This document shows, piece by piece, positions 19,870 through 30,479 of a DNA stretch of 64,000 bases. Origin of the DNA: an uncultured Eubacterium sp. (GTDB taxonomy: Bacteria > Bacillota > Clostridia > Lachnospirales > Lachnospiraceae); NCBI GenBank assembly GCA_910589595.1, contig CAJUTM010000011.1, positions 11,054 to 75,053 on the forward strand. Reading direction: 5' to 3'. Position 1 is the first letter of the stretch. Every line of letters starts with the position of its first letter. The notes below the pieces were generated by a model. The model saw only the letters and a list, made by a program, of their open reading frames with translations, searched no databases and had not been told where the DNA came from. The position numbers were made by a program, and so were the translations under genes.

Positions 19870-20505
19870 TTATTTGTTTATCGAATAACTTTTATCAATC
19901 TTAATTAACTCATCATATCCGTCAATTTCCAAAACATCTCCTGTTTCCATCGGTCTGATACCTAAGTTGTATTCATCAAAATGACAAAACAGTGCTACGT
20001 CATCCCCATATATTTGTCGGTTCTGTTTTTTAATAAATTCTTCTTCTAAATGTGTTCTTAACCTTTTCCCATCTTCTTCCGTCCATCGTGATATGGAAAA
20101 GAGCTGCCATCCCCGCTCACCGCCATCTCTGGAACACGAAATAACTTTTCCATTCTCTACCTGCATTAACCATTCCTCTGTTTTTTGCTCTGTCCAAACA
20201 GCATTATATCCGGATTTTTCAAATTCCGGTTCAAGAACTTTATGATTGTTTATTATCTGGTCCCCATCTAAAATTATGGCGTCCTCTAAATAGTTTCTTG
20301 CCATATATAATGACGATATATTATTGCATTCAGAATAATATGGATTCTCAATGAAATTTACATCACTATACTTTTCCTCTAAGATGTGAAATTGCTCTTT
20401 TAAGTAGCCGACAACAATATATACTTCACAAATATTGTTTCTGTGTAAGGCATCAATAACGGTGAAACCGGCCGCCATAATAATTGCTCTTTTTACCCTA
20501 TGCAT
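19870..20505 (-). pseudogene. licC: LicC-like phosphocholine cytidylyltransferase with in-frame deletion of the signature loop
   Basis: RAIIMAAGF is joined directly to TVIDALH, so the GxR..PKPL segment is absent; VVGYLKEQF, NNISSL and EID motifs remain. Confidence 0.7.
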
Positions 20506-22180
20506 TTATCCCTCTCCCATTCTGTCTTTGGCTATCTGATAATAATCTTTCGCATACCTATACTGTCTCAGTGAGTATTCTCCAAATTCTACCCCGAGAC
20601 TTCGTTTGTATTCACACCAGTTACTCCAGAGCAGACCACAGGTCGCAATATAACAATATATTTTTGTTCTCACGGCCTCCTCACAATTTCCATCAAAATA
20701 GATATCAATTAATGTATCAATTTCCCTCTTATCATACAGTGAATAGATACAAAACATGGCAATATCCACATGAGGGTCCTGCATAGCTGCATACTCCCAA
20801 TCAATTAGGTATATCTCTTCTGTTCCATTGTCATTGGGCGAAAAAAGAAAATTATCCGGCACGGCATCAATATGGGTTAAACATCTTTCCGCACTATGCA
20901 AATTGATAAAAGATTGTAAAGACAGTACATTCTTTTTTGTGTTTTCGTAGTCACGGAAAATAGACGGTACACCGTTCCATAACTTCTCATAAAAATCAAT
21001 TTGCTTAACAAGAGAAAACTCGTGCGGAACAGTAAGCCTCAATTGATGAAATTCTTTCAATTTTTTCATACATTTTCTAATATCATCTTCCTTAGCAGGG
21101 GCGCAGACTCTTGCATTTTCGATAAATGTTGTTATTTTATATCCGTGAACAGAATCAATATATATAATATCTTCACAAATTTTCTTGTTCTTTATCTTAT
21201 TATAAACCAGTGCCTCTTCTTTTCTGTTAATCAGCAAATCGGTTCCCTCACCCGGCACCCGCATAATATATTTCTTACCATCCGTTTCAAACAAAAAGGA
21301 GCGATTTGTCATACCCTTTTTCAACACTTCAATATTGACAATTTCATTTTTATGTACTCCCAATACTTTTAAAATAACTTCTATGCAAATGGAATTGAGA
21401 TGCCTTGAATCTTCATCCAACTCTCGCAACTGCTCATAAGTGTTTATTTCGACCACATCTGCAGAAGAAACTACTTTGGCCTGAATAAACATCTTTCCGT
21501 TTTCATACAATACCTCTTCCCAAAAAGAATTCGTATGTTTCTTTTCGGAATCATATTCAATAAGTCTTTCCCTCACTCTCCTACTATCTTCAGCAGTCAA
21601 ATACGCAATCCCAATCATCAAATTTCCGACCTGCTTATCGTTGCATATAACTAATTCTTTCTTCCTGCTGACTCTGACTTCACTTTCACCGTCCGTCCTA
21701 TTGCTCACCATATACCATGAATACAATTCGTATCGGCAGAATGGGTTGTTCGCACACCATATATCACACGGAATGATATAAGTATTGGATAATTTATCAG
21801 CCGCTATTTTTAGCGAATGTAAATTATTTTTTGAAGAATACATACTATTGTAAATCAGCGTCACATCATACTTGTCAATAAGATATTCAAACTTTTCTTT
21901 CATAAAGCCAACCACTACCGATATATCAAATATGCCGGCTTCATTTAGCTGTTCTATTATCCTTTCAATTAATGGCATTCGCAGGTCTGTTACTCTCAAG
22001 CTCTTTCTTTGCCAGAGAAGTTACCGCAAAGTCTTCATTCAAAAAACCCTCTTCCACTAACCTTTTTAAAGACTGATTCACAATTCCTAACGAATACCCG
22101 CTAATTTCTGATAAATCCCTTTGATTTGTATAAGGTTCTAAACAAAGAAGCTTTAAAATATCACTTTGCTGCCTATTCAT
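20506..22180 (-). pseudogene. HTH + nucleotidyltransferase + choline kinase fusion (LicC/LicA-like), frameshifted by a deletion
   Basis: HTH (TNQRDLSEISGYSLGIVN) ends at NAIN* (21965). The next frame resumes at PLIERIIEQL and carries kinase motifs KKGMTNRSF, HIDAVPDNFL and LIDWEYA. Confidence 0.75.
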
Positions 22181-22210
22181 AGCTCTCCCCTCTTTTATTC
22201 TACAAGGATT

Positions 22211-22281
22211 TTCACGAAAATAAACTATTTTAATATCGTGAACACAAAAGCAATGATAACGCTCACTCACAAATTTGTCAA
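22211..22281 (-). promoter_or_regulatory. Internal sigma-A promoter and palindromic operator of the choline module
   Basis: TTGACA-N17-TATCAT (22281-22253) followed by TTCACGA-N18-TCGTGAA (12/14 arm match) at 22211-22242. Confidence 0.6.
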
Positions 22282-22299
22282 TGATTAGCTCCTATGTTA

Positions 22300-23124
22300 C
22301 TACTCCCCATATGGCCCAAAATCAATTTTATAATTACTGTGCACGACTCTGTCTTTCTCGTCCGGAAGTTTCATATAATCTCCATATCGTGTTCTCAAAA
22401 AATCATCATATTTTTCAAACCCTTTAAACTTTTCACTCTCAAACACATAATTAACCGGTTTCGTAAACCAGTTATTCTGAATTTTGGTTCTTGGGTAATC
22501 ACTCGTAAAGCAAACTTTTGTATCTTTCTTATTATTTTGTGTAATTAGGGCATACCGCTTCTTTTTCATAAATTCTATTGAAAATGGAAGTCCCAATATT
22601 TTAAATACTTTGTAGCTTAATTTCCCTTTGTGCTCCTCTGTCCCATAACCGCATTTTGTCCATAACATATTTTTCAACAAATGATTCTTCCACAACACCC
22701 ACCGCTGTTTTCGAGATGTATCCGGCAGATTATCATATGGAAAAATATCTGCAAAAATACCATGCTTTACATCTGCATCCTTTGAAAATTCTTCGATAAA
22801 ATGAGTTCCTATCAATTGTACTTTCGCAAAGGAAAAACAATAATTTTTCTCCGACCATTCCGTCTGCAAAAAATATTTATTCTTATCAAGTTCTTTCTCG
22901 CACACCTGTAAAAACCGCTCAAAATCACTACGCTTCATTGCAATATCAAAATCATCATCCCAAGGGATAAAGCCTTTATGCCGCACAGCTCCCAACATGG
23001 AACCACCGTCCAGATAATAATCAATATTGTATTTGTCACAGATTCTTGCAATCTCTTTTGCTATCAATAAAATCAGTTGTTGCAATTTCTTCTTTTCTGC
23101 TTCTGCCATAAGATTATTCACCAT
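22300..23124 (-). CDS. licD: LicD family phosphotransferase
   Basis: GSMLGAVRHKGFIPWDDDFDI, DIFPYD and YGDYMKLP motifs. Confidence 0.9.
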   Translation of the reverse strand: MVNNLMAEAEKKKLQQLILLIAKEIARICDKYNIDYYLDGGSMLGAVRHKGFIPWDDDFDIAMKRSDFERFLQVCEKELDKNKYFLQTEWSEKNYCFSFAKVQLIGTHFIEEFSKDADVKHGIFADIFPYDNLPDTSRKQRWVLWKNHLLKNMLWTKCGYGTEEHKGKLSYKVFKILGLPFSIEFMKKKRYALITQNNKKDTKVCFTSDYPRTKIQNNWFTKPVNYVFESEKFKGFEKYDDFLRTRYGDYMKLPDEKDRVVHSNYKIDFGPYGE

Positions 23125-23650
23125 CCATTCTTATACATCGTAACATCTCTTCTTTTTTATTGCTCACAATTCTCTCCGCATCATAAGGCAGTCTGTTTTC
23201 ATAGCATTTTTTTGCATAATCCTCCGTCTTCATAATATAGCGGGCCGGAACTCCGCCCCACACTTCACCGGAAGGAACGCTTTTCGTAACAACACTTCCC
23301 GCTGCAATAATGCAGTCGTTTCCAACACTTACATTGGGTAAAAGAATACTGCGCAATCCAATAAAACAGTTATCTCCAATCTTAATCGGGCCAAATTTAT
23401 AAGTGCCCTTATATGGTTCCGTTTCACGAAATACAAACGTTGAACCATCGTGATTAACAAACGTAACCTGACTTGAAATCAAAACATGATTCCCTATTGA
23501 AATAAGATATGGTTCTGTTCCCCATGATGGATTATCTACAAAACGGCAGTTGTTTCCCACTTTTACTCCAATATATCTGGCATATTGAATCGGGTCCCGC
23601 CGTCGATAACTGTTAATTATTTTTTGAATCACTCTTCTTAAAACACTCAT
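23114..23650 (-). CDS. Hexapeptide-repeat O-acetyltransferase
   Basis: IGDNCFIG, VGNDCIIAAGSVVTKSVP and WGGVPAR motifs. Confidence 0.85.
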   Translation of the reverse strand: MSVLRRVIQKIINSYRRRDPIQYARYIGVKVGNNCRFVDNPSWGTEPYLISIGNHVLISSQVTFVNHDGSTFVFRETEPYKGTYKFGPIKIGDNCFIGLRSILLPNVSVGNDCIIAAGSVVTKSVPSGEVWGGVPARYIMKTEDYAKKCYENRLPYDAERIVSNKKEEMLRCIRMDGE

Positions 23651-23681
23651 CTGTCCTGATTCTCCTTTCCCATATATGAAA

Positions 23682-25211
23682 TTAGAACAACTTCAACTTC
23701 TTTCCCTTTAAGAAAAATTTGATACATTCTTTTGTCGTTTTAAAATCCGTCGCCATGTGAACAATAAGTACAACAAAACCCGTTATAATGCTGGCAAACA
23801 CGGCATACAAAATCCACATAAGCCACGTGTTTATCATATACTTTCCAAAAAGCAGATGATAGATGGCAACACTTATCAATATACAACTTAAAACACGAAT
23901 TATACGCGCAATTGTTTTCTTACAACTAAGGAATAAAATATGCTTATGTGAATAATAAACAATATCTGCCGTCCGATAGGAAAATGAACATACCGTTCCA
24001 ATCAGAAGTCCGTACATACCAAGTGGTTTTACGAGAATGAGCGAGACACTGAGATTGATTACTGCCTCCAAAACCGCCCGCCACTGTGTCTCCTTAAAAT
24101 GCCCCGCCGCATTAATCATTGTCGTAGAAGGAACTTTCATATTATTGGCAAATCCGATGAGTACAAACAAAACTGCAAGCTTCACATCAACATATGGAAT
24201 ACTCACCTGCTCTCTCGTATAGACGCTTACAAACGGAAGAATCATGGAAGCTGTTACGCCATAGACAAAGGAAACAATCACATAATATCCAAATTCATAC
24301 AAATCAAAGGCGCGAAGCATTGATTTTCTCTTATCCTCGTGTAAAAGCTGACCAAAACTGGCTACTGTTCCATTTGAAAAGATGTTGGCAATCAGATTAT
24401 AGAGATGTCCAAAAACGAGATTGTAAACGGAATAAATGCTCACCTCAATCAGGCTTCCGAAAATCGTAAGGAGAGTTACATCCGTATTATACACAACCAT
24501 ACCTGCCAATTGATGTATCATAGCCGACCAGCGCTTGGAAAGGGCAGAGTAATCCGGCTTAATTTTGCTGTCCAGTTGAGGAAATACCTTTTTGCAATAA
24601 TAGGACAATACTACGGTTCTGGCAAGAACAAGAACCGCCGGAATCCCCATAACCAATACAATACTGCAGCCGGTCTTAATGAGAAAGACCTGAACGGCAA
24701 TGCGAAAGAAGTACGCAACCGTGTCCACCATTGAGACAACAAATAAACGCTGGTCTGCCTGTAATAGAGCCCGATATTTACTGTACACAAAACAGTCTAA
24801 GGTGTTAGTCGCACCAATGGCAATCATCAAAGAAATAACAAGATAATCCGGTATCTGATTGGATATGACAAAAGGCAAAACAACTGCGCATAATATGACT
24901 GCCACGGTATATAAAAATCCTGACTTCACATAAAAACGGTTAATGGCATTGAGAACCTCGCTAATCCGCTGATTATCCTTTCTAGCTAACGGTGCATAGA
25001 GCGCCTGCACCGCTGCTGGCGCCAATCCGGCATTAATCAGGGCAATATAACTCATAATACTATTTACCGTTGATGTATATCCGTGTAATTCTGCCCCATA
25101 TGTATTTAACAACATATGGGGCAGAATGAATCCAAATAAGGCTGTCACTAATTGATAGGCAGCCGTAAATATCATGTTAAGAAATGTAGCTTTTTTCCTA
25201 CTCAGTACCAT
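23682..25211 (-). CDS. wzx: Wzx-type polysaccharide flippase
   Basis: 509 aa with 12-14 TM, MOP-like pattern, inside the EPS cluster. Confidence 0.75.
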   Translation of the reverse strand: MVLSRKKATFLNMIFTAAYQLVTALFGFILPHMLLNTYGAELHGYTSTVNSIMSYIALINAGLAPAAVQALYAPLARKDNQRISEVLNAINRFYVKSGFLYTVAVILCAVVLPFVISNQIPDYLVISLMIAIGATNTLDCFVYSKYRALLQADQRLFVVSMVDTVAYFFRIAVQVFLIKTGCSIVLVMGIPAVLVLARTVVLSYYCKKVFPQLDSKIKPDYSALSKRWSAMIHQLAGMVVYNTDVTLLTIFGSLIEVSIYSVYNLVFGHLYNLIANIFSNGTVASFGQLLHEDKRKSMLRAFDLYEFGYYVIVSFVYGVTASMILPFVSVYTREQVSIPYVDVKLAVLFVLIGFANNMKVPSTTMINAAGHFKETQWRAVLEAVINLSVSLILVKPLGMYGLLIGTVCSFSYRTADIVYYSHKHILFLSCKKTIARIIRVLSCILISVAIYHLLFGKYMINTWLMWILYAVFASIITGFVVLIVHMATDFKTTKECIKFFLKGKKLKLF

Positions 25212-26388
25212 ACACTACTCGCTCCAATATACGAATAAACTCTTCCAGAATTACATCCAAACGAAAATCATCTGCCCTGCGAACCGCTTCCTCCGACAGT
25301 TGTTTCCACGTTTCTTTATCATTGAGAATCCGAATGACGCCATCTGCATATCCATCCACATCTCCCTGTTCAAACAAGTAACCATTCACTGAGTCCTGTA
25401 TTATCTCATCGGGGCCATACGCATGAAATGCAACAACCGGAATACCGTGTGCCATAGCCTCCGTAATTACCAAACCAAAACCCTCGTATCTTGATGTTAC
25501 CAATAAAAGGGAACTCTGCTCATAATACTTCTGTACCTGATTCGTCTGCCCACGCAGTACTATATTTTTTTCGAGGTGTTCCTGCCCGATAAGCGCCAAA
25601 AGCTTATCTTTATCCGCCCCATCTCCAACAATGTTTAACTTAACATCAGGGAAAACAGAACATACTCTTTTCATAATGGGAACTAACAAATCGATTCCTT
25701 TCACTTCCATATTCAGCCGCCCCACAAACAATAACTGCTTATTACCTGATACCGACTTTTCAACAACCGGAATCGTAAGCGGATTATAAAATACAACCGG
25801 ATTGCTTTTTAACGTCCTGACCCTTTCCATAAATACTTCTCTATCCTTATCCGTAAGAACAAGCAGTTCGTTCATAAAAGAAGCATACTTTTCAAAAAGC
25901 AAAAGCATTCCATAAGTATCGTGTTCCGGCATATTAAAATACCCCTCAAATGTACTGTGCAGCCATGCCACACAGGGAATGTGGAGCTGTTTTGCTACTT
26001 TGGAAGCCAATATTGCATAATAGGCGCCCGCTCCTACTACACAGTCAGCTTTTTCCTCTTCAAGGATTTCTCCATATTTTTCTATCATCTGTTTGGGAAA
26101 ATACTGTTCATCAATAAAGTCAGTAAACTGTTTTTTCTGAAAAAAAGCGGTCATTTTATTTATCTTTCGCAGCACGCGAAAAGGAAAGGAAATTTCTCTT
26201 AATCCTCTGGAGTTATATAGTTTAATTTTCTCACTGACAGGATAAAGCTGTTCGCAATCTTCTGTTATCGGAGAAATAATACATACTTCATAAGCAGGAT
26301 TTTTCACCAACTCGTTAAGCAGCGTCGTCACTACTCTTTGTAGTCCACCTAAAGTCTGAATCTCCTGCATCAAAACACAAATTTTCAC
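25198..26388 (-). CDS. GT4 glycosyltransferase
   Basis: GGLQRV, FVGRL..KG and EGFGLVITEAM motifs. Confidence 0.88.
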   Translation of the reverse strand: MKICVLMQEIQTLGGLQRVVTTLLNELVKNPAYEVCIISPITEDCEQLYPVSEKIKLYNSRGLREISFPFRVLRKINKMTAFFQKKQFTDFIDEQYFPKQMIEKYGEILEEEKADCVVGAGAYYAILASKVAKQLHIPCVAWLHSTFEGYFNMPEHDTYGMLLLFEKYASFMNELLVLTDKDREVFMERVRTLKSNPVVFYNPLTIPVVEKSVSGNKQLLFVGRLNMEVKGIDLLVPIMKRVCSVFPDVKLNIVGDGADKDKLLALIGQEHLEKNIVLRGQTNQVQKYYEQSSLLLVTSRYEGFGLVITEAMAHGIPVVAFHAYGPDEIIQDSVNGYLFEQGDVDGYADGVIRILNDKETWKQLSEEAVRRADDFRLDVILEEFIRILERVVYGTE

Positions 26389-27605
26389 TGCTCCATAACT
26401 CCCTTTGAATTTCTAGCCATATTCACAAGAAAAATCACCGTTGCACAGTATAGCATCATATGGTCTCTCTGCAAAGCAAGTCCATTATAAGTATTTACAA
26501 AAACAGCAATTATGCCAAACCCAAACAGCCACTCCTTTTTGACTTTATACTGCAGCAGTTTGATAGCTGGATTAACAAAAACTACAAATGTCAGCGATAA
26601 AGCAACCGCAATACCAAATTGGTATGCCCATCGAAGTACCGGATATTCAAGGGCCGCGACCATTTCCCAACTATAGTCAATATTCTGCCCCGAAAACCAG
26701 TCAAAAGTAAGTTCTCCTCTGGATAGCAGCGCAGTCAGGGCAGTATTTCGGGTCGTTGTAATGTCACCACTTTTAATTCCTATGCGCAGCCGTTCAATAA
26801 CCAAATCAAACAGCCCCAACCAATATAATAAAAGAATACCTAACAGTGCAAACGGCACTATTTTCTGGCCCTGCCAGTTCGCGTGAAACAAAATAACAGT
26901 AGCCAGAATAAGAACTATACCCGCCTTACTTCCCGTCAACGCAATACCAAGCAGAGAGATTAATACCGGATAAATCTTTTCTCTCTTCTGCAAATATTTT
27001 GTCGTATATAAATAGTATGTCACATAATAAATGAGAAATAACTCACAAGAGAGAAGTGGATGTCCCATATAGGAAACCATACGCCCGGCCTGTACACTGT
27101 TATATAGCGATGTAATCTGATAAAGATTAGTAAAAAACAGCGACACATAGTTATCAAAAAGAATGTCGCAGAACGAACAGACAATCATAAATATAGCCGA
27201 ACCGTGCAGAAATACCATCCATACCTTTGCAAACCCTTTAAAAATAGCACTATCCTTAAACTCAAGATTACTAAACAGTGCAGGAAAAACAATCATGACA
27301 AAATAGGCCAGACAACTTTCGTAGTCCTTCCGTTTCGCCGTTAAAATAACAAAAGTAATTAGCAGCAGTATAATCGACAGCACACACCATTTTTGCAGCC
27401 ATTTATTTGTTTTAATTGCCGGAATACAAGCCGGTTTCTTAATGTTATTCAAATATATACAACAAAGTGCTGCCAGCGCAATAAAGTTAATTTCCATATA
27501 AGGGCTGTCACTGATTGCCCCGCGCAATGAAGATGGCAGAATAAACAAGCCGACACATAAAAAGAAAACCGGTAATTGAAATTTATTAAATCGTATTTTC
27601 ACCAA
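26385..27605 (-). CDS. Wzy polymerase / O-antigen ligase-like membrane protein
   Basis: About 11 TM; R..S.MGHPL and LTGSKAG motifs; position within the cluster. Confidence 0.65.
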   Translation of the reverse strand: MVKIRFNKFQLPVFFLCVGLFILPSSLRGAISDSPYMEINFIALAALCCIYLNNIKKPACIPAIKTNKWLQKWCVLSIILLLITFVILTAKRKDYESCLAYFVMIVFPALFSNLEFKDSAIFKGFAKVWMVFLHGSAIFMIVCSFCDILFDNYVSLFFTNLYQITSLYNSVQAGRMVSYMGHPLLSCELFLIYYVTYYLYTTKYLQKREKIYPVLISLLGIALTGSKAGIVLILATVILFHANWQGQKIVPFALLGILLLYWLGLFDLVIERLRIGIKSGDITTTRNTALTALLSRGELTFDWFSGQNIDYSWEMVAALEYPVLRWAYQFGIAVALSLTFVVFVNPAIKLLQYKVKKEWLFGFGIIAVFVNTYNGLALQRDHMMLYCATVIFLVNMARNSKGVMEQ

Positions 27606-27608
27606 ACA

Positions 27609-28691
27609 TCACTCTCCTATCACTTGTATCCATTCTTCTGTAATTTTTCGTGCATTTAATGTCTCCCGTATTGCGACCGCCTCTCTGGAAATAGAAGCCG
27701 CCGTCTGCGGATGATTTATCAATTCCCTCATTTTCATGTACATGGCGTTGGCGTCGCCAACCGGCACAAGCATTCCGTTCACACCATCTCTGATAACCAT
27801 CGCCGCTCCTCCGCATGGACAGTCCGTAACGACAGACGGCAGTCCAATGGCCATTGCTTCTAACATGGAATTTGATAATCCCTCATAATCCGAAGACAAA
27901 ACAAACATAGACGCTTTTAACACTTTCTCATGTATGTTATCCACAAATGGGTATACGCTCACACAATCATCCAGCCGCAGCGAATGAACATACTCCACAA
28001 TGCTGTCTCTTTCCTGTCCGTCTCCATAAATTTCAAAACTATAATCCGGATATTCTTTAAGAAGTTTTGCAAATGCATCTAATGCCATTGGGATATTCTT
28101 CTGTTTTTCCAGTCTTGCAAAACAGACAATCCTCTTTTCCCGCACCCCCGTATAAGGCTGTGGCAATTTTTCCGGATTCAGCGGATTCATGATAACCACT
28201 GACTTTTTTCGGATATCGGCAGGAAAATAATTTTTAGCGTCCTCTGTCTGGCAGACAAGACAATCCAGTTTCCGGTAAAGCTGTCTTCTCATCCAGTGAA
28301 GAACACGCCGGTCTTCAATCTGTGCCGGATCGTTTCTCTCGGAGCCGATGATTCTCGCATGCAAGCCAGTTCCCGCCACGACAGAATACATCGTATTATA
28401 ATGCGAAAAGGCAATTACGGTATCAATCTGATGTGTTTTAATTGCCTTACGCACCGTCCAGATTCGTAACATTTTTTCTTTTATGCCATGAGCATACTTA
28501 TCCGGTTTCAGAATCTGAATCTGCGGATGAACCTCATATACCTGTTCTCTGTCAGTTAAGACCAGTACATATACGGTGTACCCTTTTTTCACAAGCGTAT
28601 CCGATAAGATAGATACAACCCGCTCTGCACCGCCATTCGAGAGCGCCAGACACACAAACATAATTTTTTTCATCCATTCAGCTCCTTCCAC
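27609..28691 (-). CDS. GT4 glycosyltransferase
   Basis: GGAERV, RLEKQKN and EGLSNSMLEAM motifs. Confidence 0.88.
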   Translation of the reverse strand: MEGAEWMKKIMFVCLALSNGGAERVVSILSDTLVKKGYTVYVLVLTDREQVYEVHPQIQILKPDKYAHGIKEKMLRIWTVRKAIKTHQIDTVIAFSHYNTMYSVVAGTGLHARIIGSERNDPAQIEDRRVLHWMRRQLYRKLDCLVCQTEDAKNYFPADIRKKSVVIMNPLNPEKLPQPYTGVREKRIVCFARLEKQKNIPMALDAFAKLLKEYPDYSFEIYGDGQERDSIVEYVHSLRLDDCVSVYPFVDNIHEKVLKASMFVLSSDYEGLSNSMLEAMAIGLPSVVTDCPCGGAAMVIRDGVNGMLVPVGDANAMYMKMRELINHPQTAASISREAVAIRETLNARKITEEWIQVIGE

Positions 28692-28712
28692 AGACGCCGC
28701 TCTGACTCACCA

Positions 28713-29366
28713 CTATAGGGAGTTGATGAGCGCCGTCACATCAAGTTTCCTGCTCTTTCCAAACGGCTCATAAGAAGCCATGACAAAATCACTCTTTACC
28801 ATCTGTCGCAGTTTCACGTAATCTGTGCGCGAATAACCTGACCATGATTTACATGTTAAAAAGAGTTTATTCTTATAGGGCAGCTTCATAAAACAATCCA
28901 ACTCCCTTTCGGTACATCCGTTCTGGTCATTGAACTTAATCAGCATTTTATCCCAATTTATACGCTGACACCGCCTTTTCCATTTCGATAAAGCTTCCTC
29001 TTCACTATGGTAATGCAAAAAGAATATTTCAACGTCTTTAATCTTTCCGATAGGATACGAGCCAAAGCTTTCACTCTGCTCAAACTCTTCTTTCCATTTT
29101 GATTCTTCCGGACGGATAAAAGTAAGGTCGGCAGACAAATACTCTTTCAAATCCGAGACAAACAATATATAATCGCTGGCCATAAAAAATAATCCCACTG
29201 TCGGCAATTGTTTGGGAAGGTTATAACTCTCATAAACCATTCCGCCCCAGCAATTATTGGAAATAATTGTAAAATCCGTATTCTCTAATCCCTTTCGGCG
29301 AATGTCCGCAAAAAGATTTCTTCTGACTTTTAACACCTTTAACCGGAGTCCCTCATATGTCGGCAT
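28713..29366 (-). CDS. DUF1919-like exopolysaccharide biosynthesis protein
   Basis: FTIISNNCWGG, PTVGLF and FLHY..EEA..KW.RR motifs. Confidence 0.8.
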   Translation of the reverse strand: MPTYEGLRLKVLKVRRNLFADIRRKGLENTDFTIISNNCWGGMVYESYNLPKQLPTVGLFFMASDYILFVSDLKEYLSADLTFIRPEESKWKEEFEQSESFGSYPIGKIKDVEIFFLHYHSEEEALSKWKRRCQRINWDKMLIKFNDQNGCTERELDCFMKLPYKNKLFLTCKSWSGYSRTDYVKLRQMVKSDFVMASYEPFGKSRKLDVTALINSL

Positions 29367-29384
29367 GCGTTTTCCCTCTTACTA

Positions 29385-30479
29385 TCATTTATTGTAATAT
29401 TCAAAATATAATTCTCGCATTCGGTTTGCATTTTTGTCAATGTCATAACCTTTATCCGCAATCATTTTCTGCCACCTCTCGCATACGGCCTGTCTGTTAT
29501 CGCTGTCGGATTTGTCGTCTGCTTTTTTTATTTGCATTGCCCAGTCTTTGGGATTATCGATTGGAATATATGTTATACTGTCTGTCAAATCCGCTTCTTT
29601 TGTCACTCTGTCAGAGACAATACATGGCAGCCCTGCGGCCTGCGCCTCAATCAAAACAACCGGAAGTCCCTCGTGTAACGAGGGAAGTACAAACAAGTCC
29701 ATCGCCTGCAGATAGTGTTGAACCACTGTTGTCTTTCCGGCAAATATAACATTATCTTCAATTTGCAGCACCCTTGCTTTCTCTTTCATCTCTGCAAACA
29801 GATTTCCGTCGCTGACAAGCAGCAGTAAGTAATTTTCATCCATTTTCAGCAATTCGGCAAGGGCATCCAGCAAAAACGTATGATTTTTCTGTTCAATAAA
29901 ATTTCCTATATGCCCGATTACCGTCCGCCTGCCGGCAGCCAGTTTCTCTCTGTACTTACTTCGTACCTCTTCATCATAGTGATATTTCTTGAGATTAATC
30001 CCATTTCTTATAATTTCAAACGGTTTGTTATGAAACATCCATTTTCCAGCGTCTTTTCCGCACGCAAATCCATGCGTGTAAAGCAATGAAAAAAACGGAT
30101 ACAGTATTTTATTCATCAACGGGTGTAACGTCGATGTATTGTGGGAATGCGCAATCCGAATCCGGACTCCTGCAAGCTGGCAAGCCAGAATTTCAACAAC
30201 CATATTAGCGCTGTTCCCGTGAATGTGAGCTATATCATAATGGCCTGCTCTGGCAAGGCGAACTAACCCCAAAAAATAGGACATAAGTTTTGATTTATGA
30301 AGCACATGGCAGATTATGTCGTTTTGTTCAAATAGTTCTGCATACTCCGGAGTCGGTTCGTCAATTGCCACAAACTCTATTTGCAAATCGGATGAATTCA
30401 TTGCTTGGAAGTAGCTCATAATAACTGCTGAAATACCATTTAATTTAAAGCGCACCGTGTTAATTACTAATACTTTCAT
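29385..30479 (-). CDS. GT4 glycosyltransferase (EpsF-like)
   Basis: RIAHSHNT, QKNHTFL and EGLPVVLIEAQAAGLP motifs. Confidence 0.88.
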   Translation of the reverse strand: MKVLVINTVRFKLNGISAVIMSYFQAMNSSDLQIEFVAIDEPTPEYAELFEQNDIICHVLHKSKLMSYFLGLVRLARAGHYDIAHIHGNSANMVVEILACQLAGVRIRIAHSHNTSTLHPLMNKILYPFFSLLYTHGFACGKDAGKWMFHNKPFEIIRNGINLKKYHYDEEVRSKYREKLAAGRRTVIGHIGNFIEQKNHTFLLDALAELLKMDENYLLLLVSDGNLFAEMKEKARVLQIEDNVIFAGKTTVVQHYLQAMDLFVLPSLHEGLPVVLIEAQAAGLPCIVSDRVTKEADLTDSITYIPIDNPKDWAMQIKKADDKSDSDNRQAVCERWQKMIADKGYDIDKNANRMRELYFEYYNK

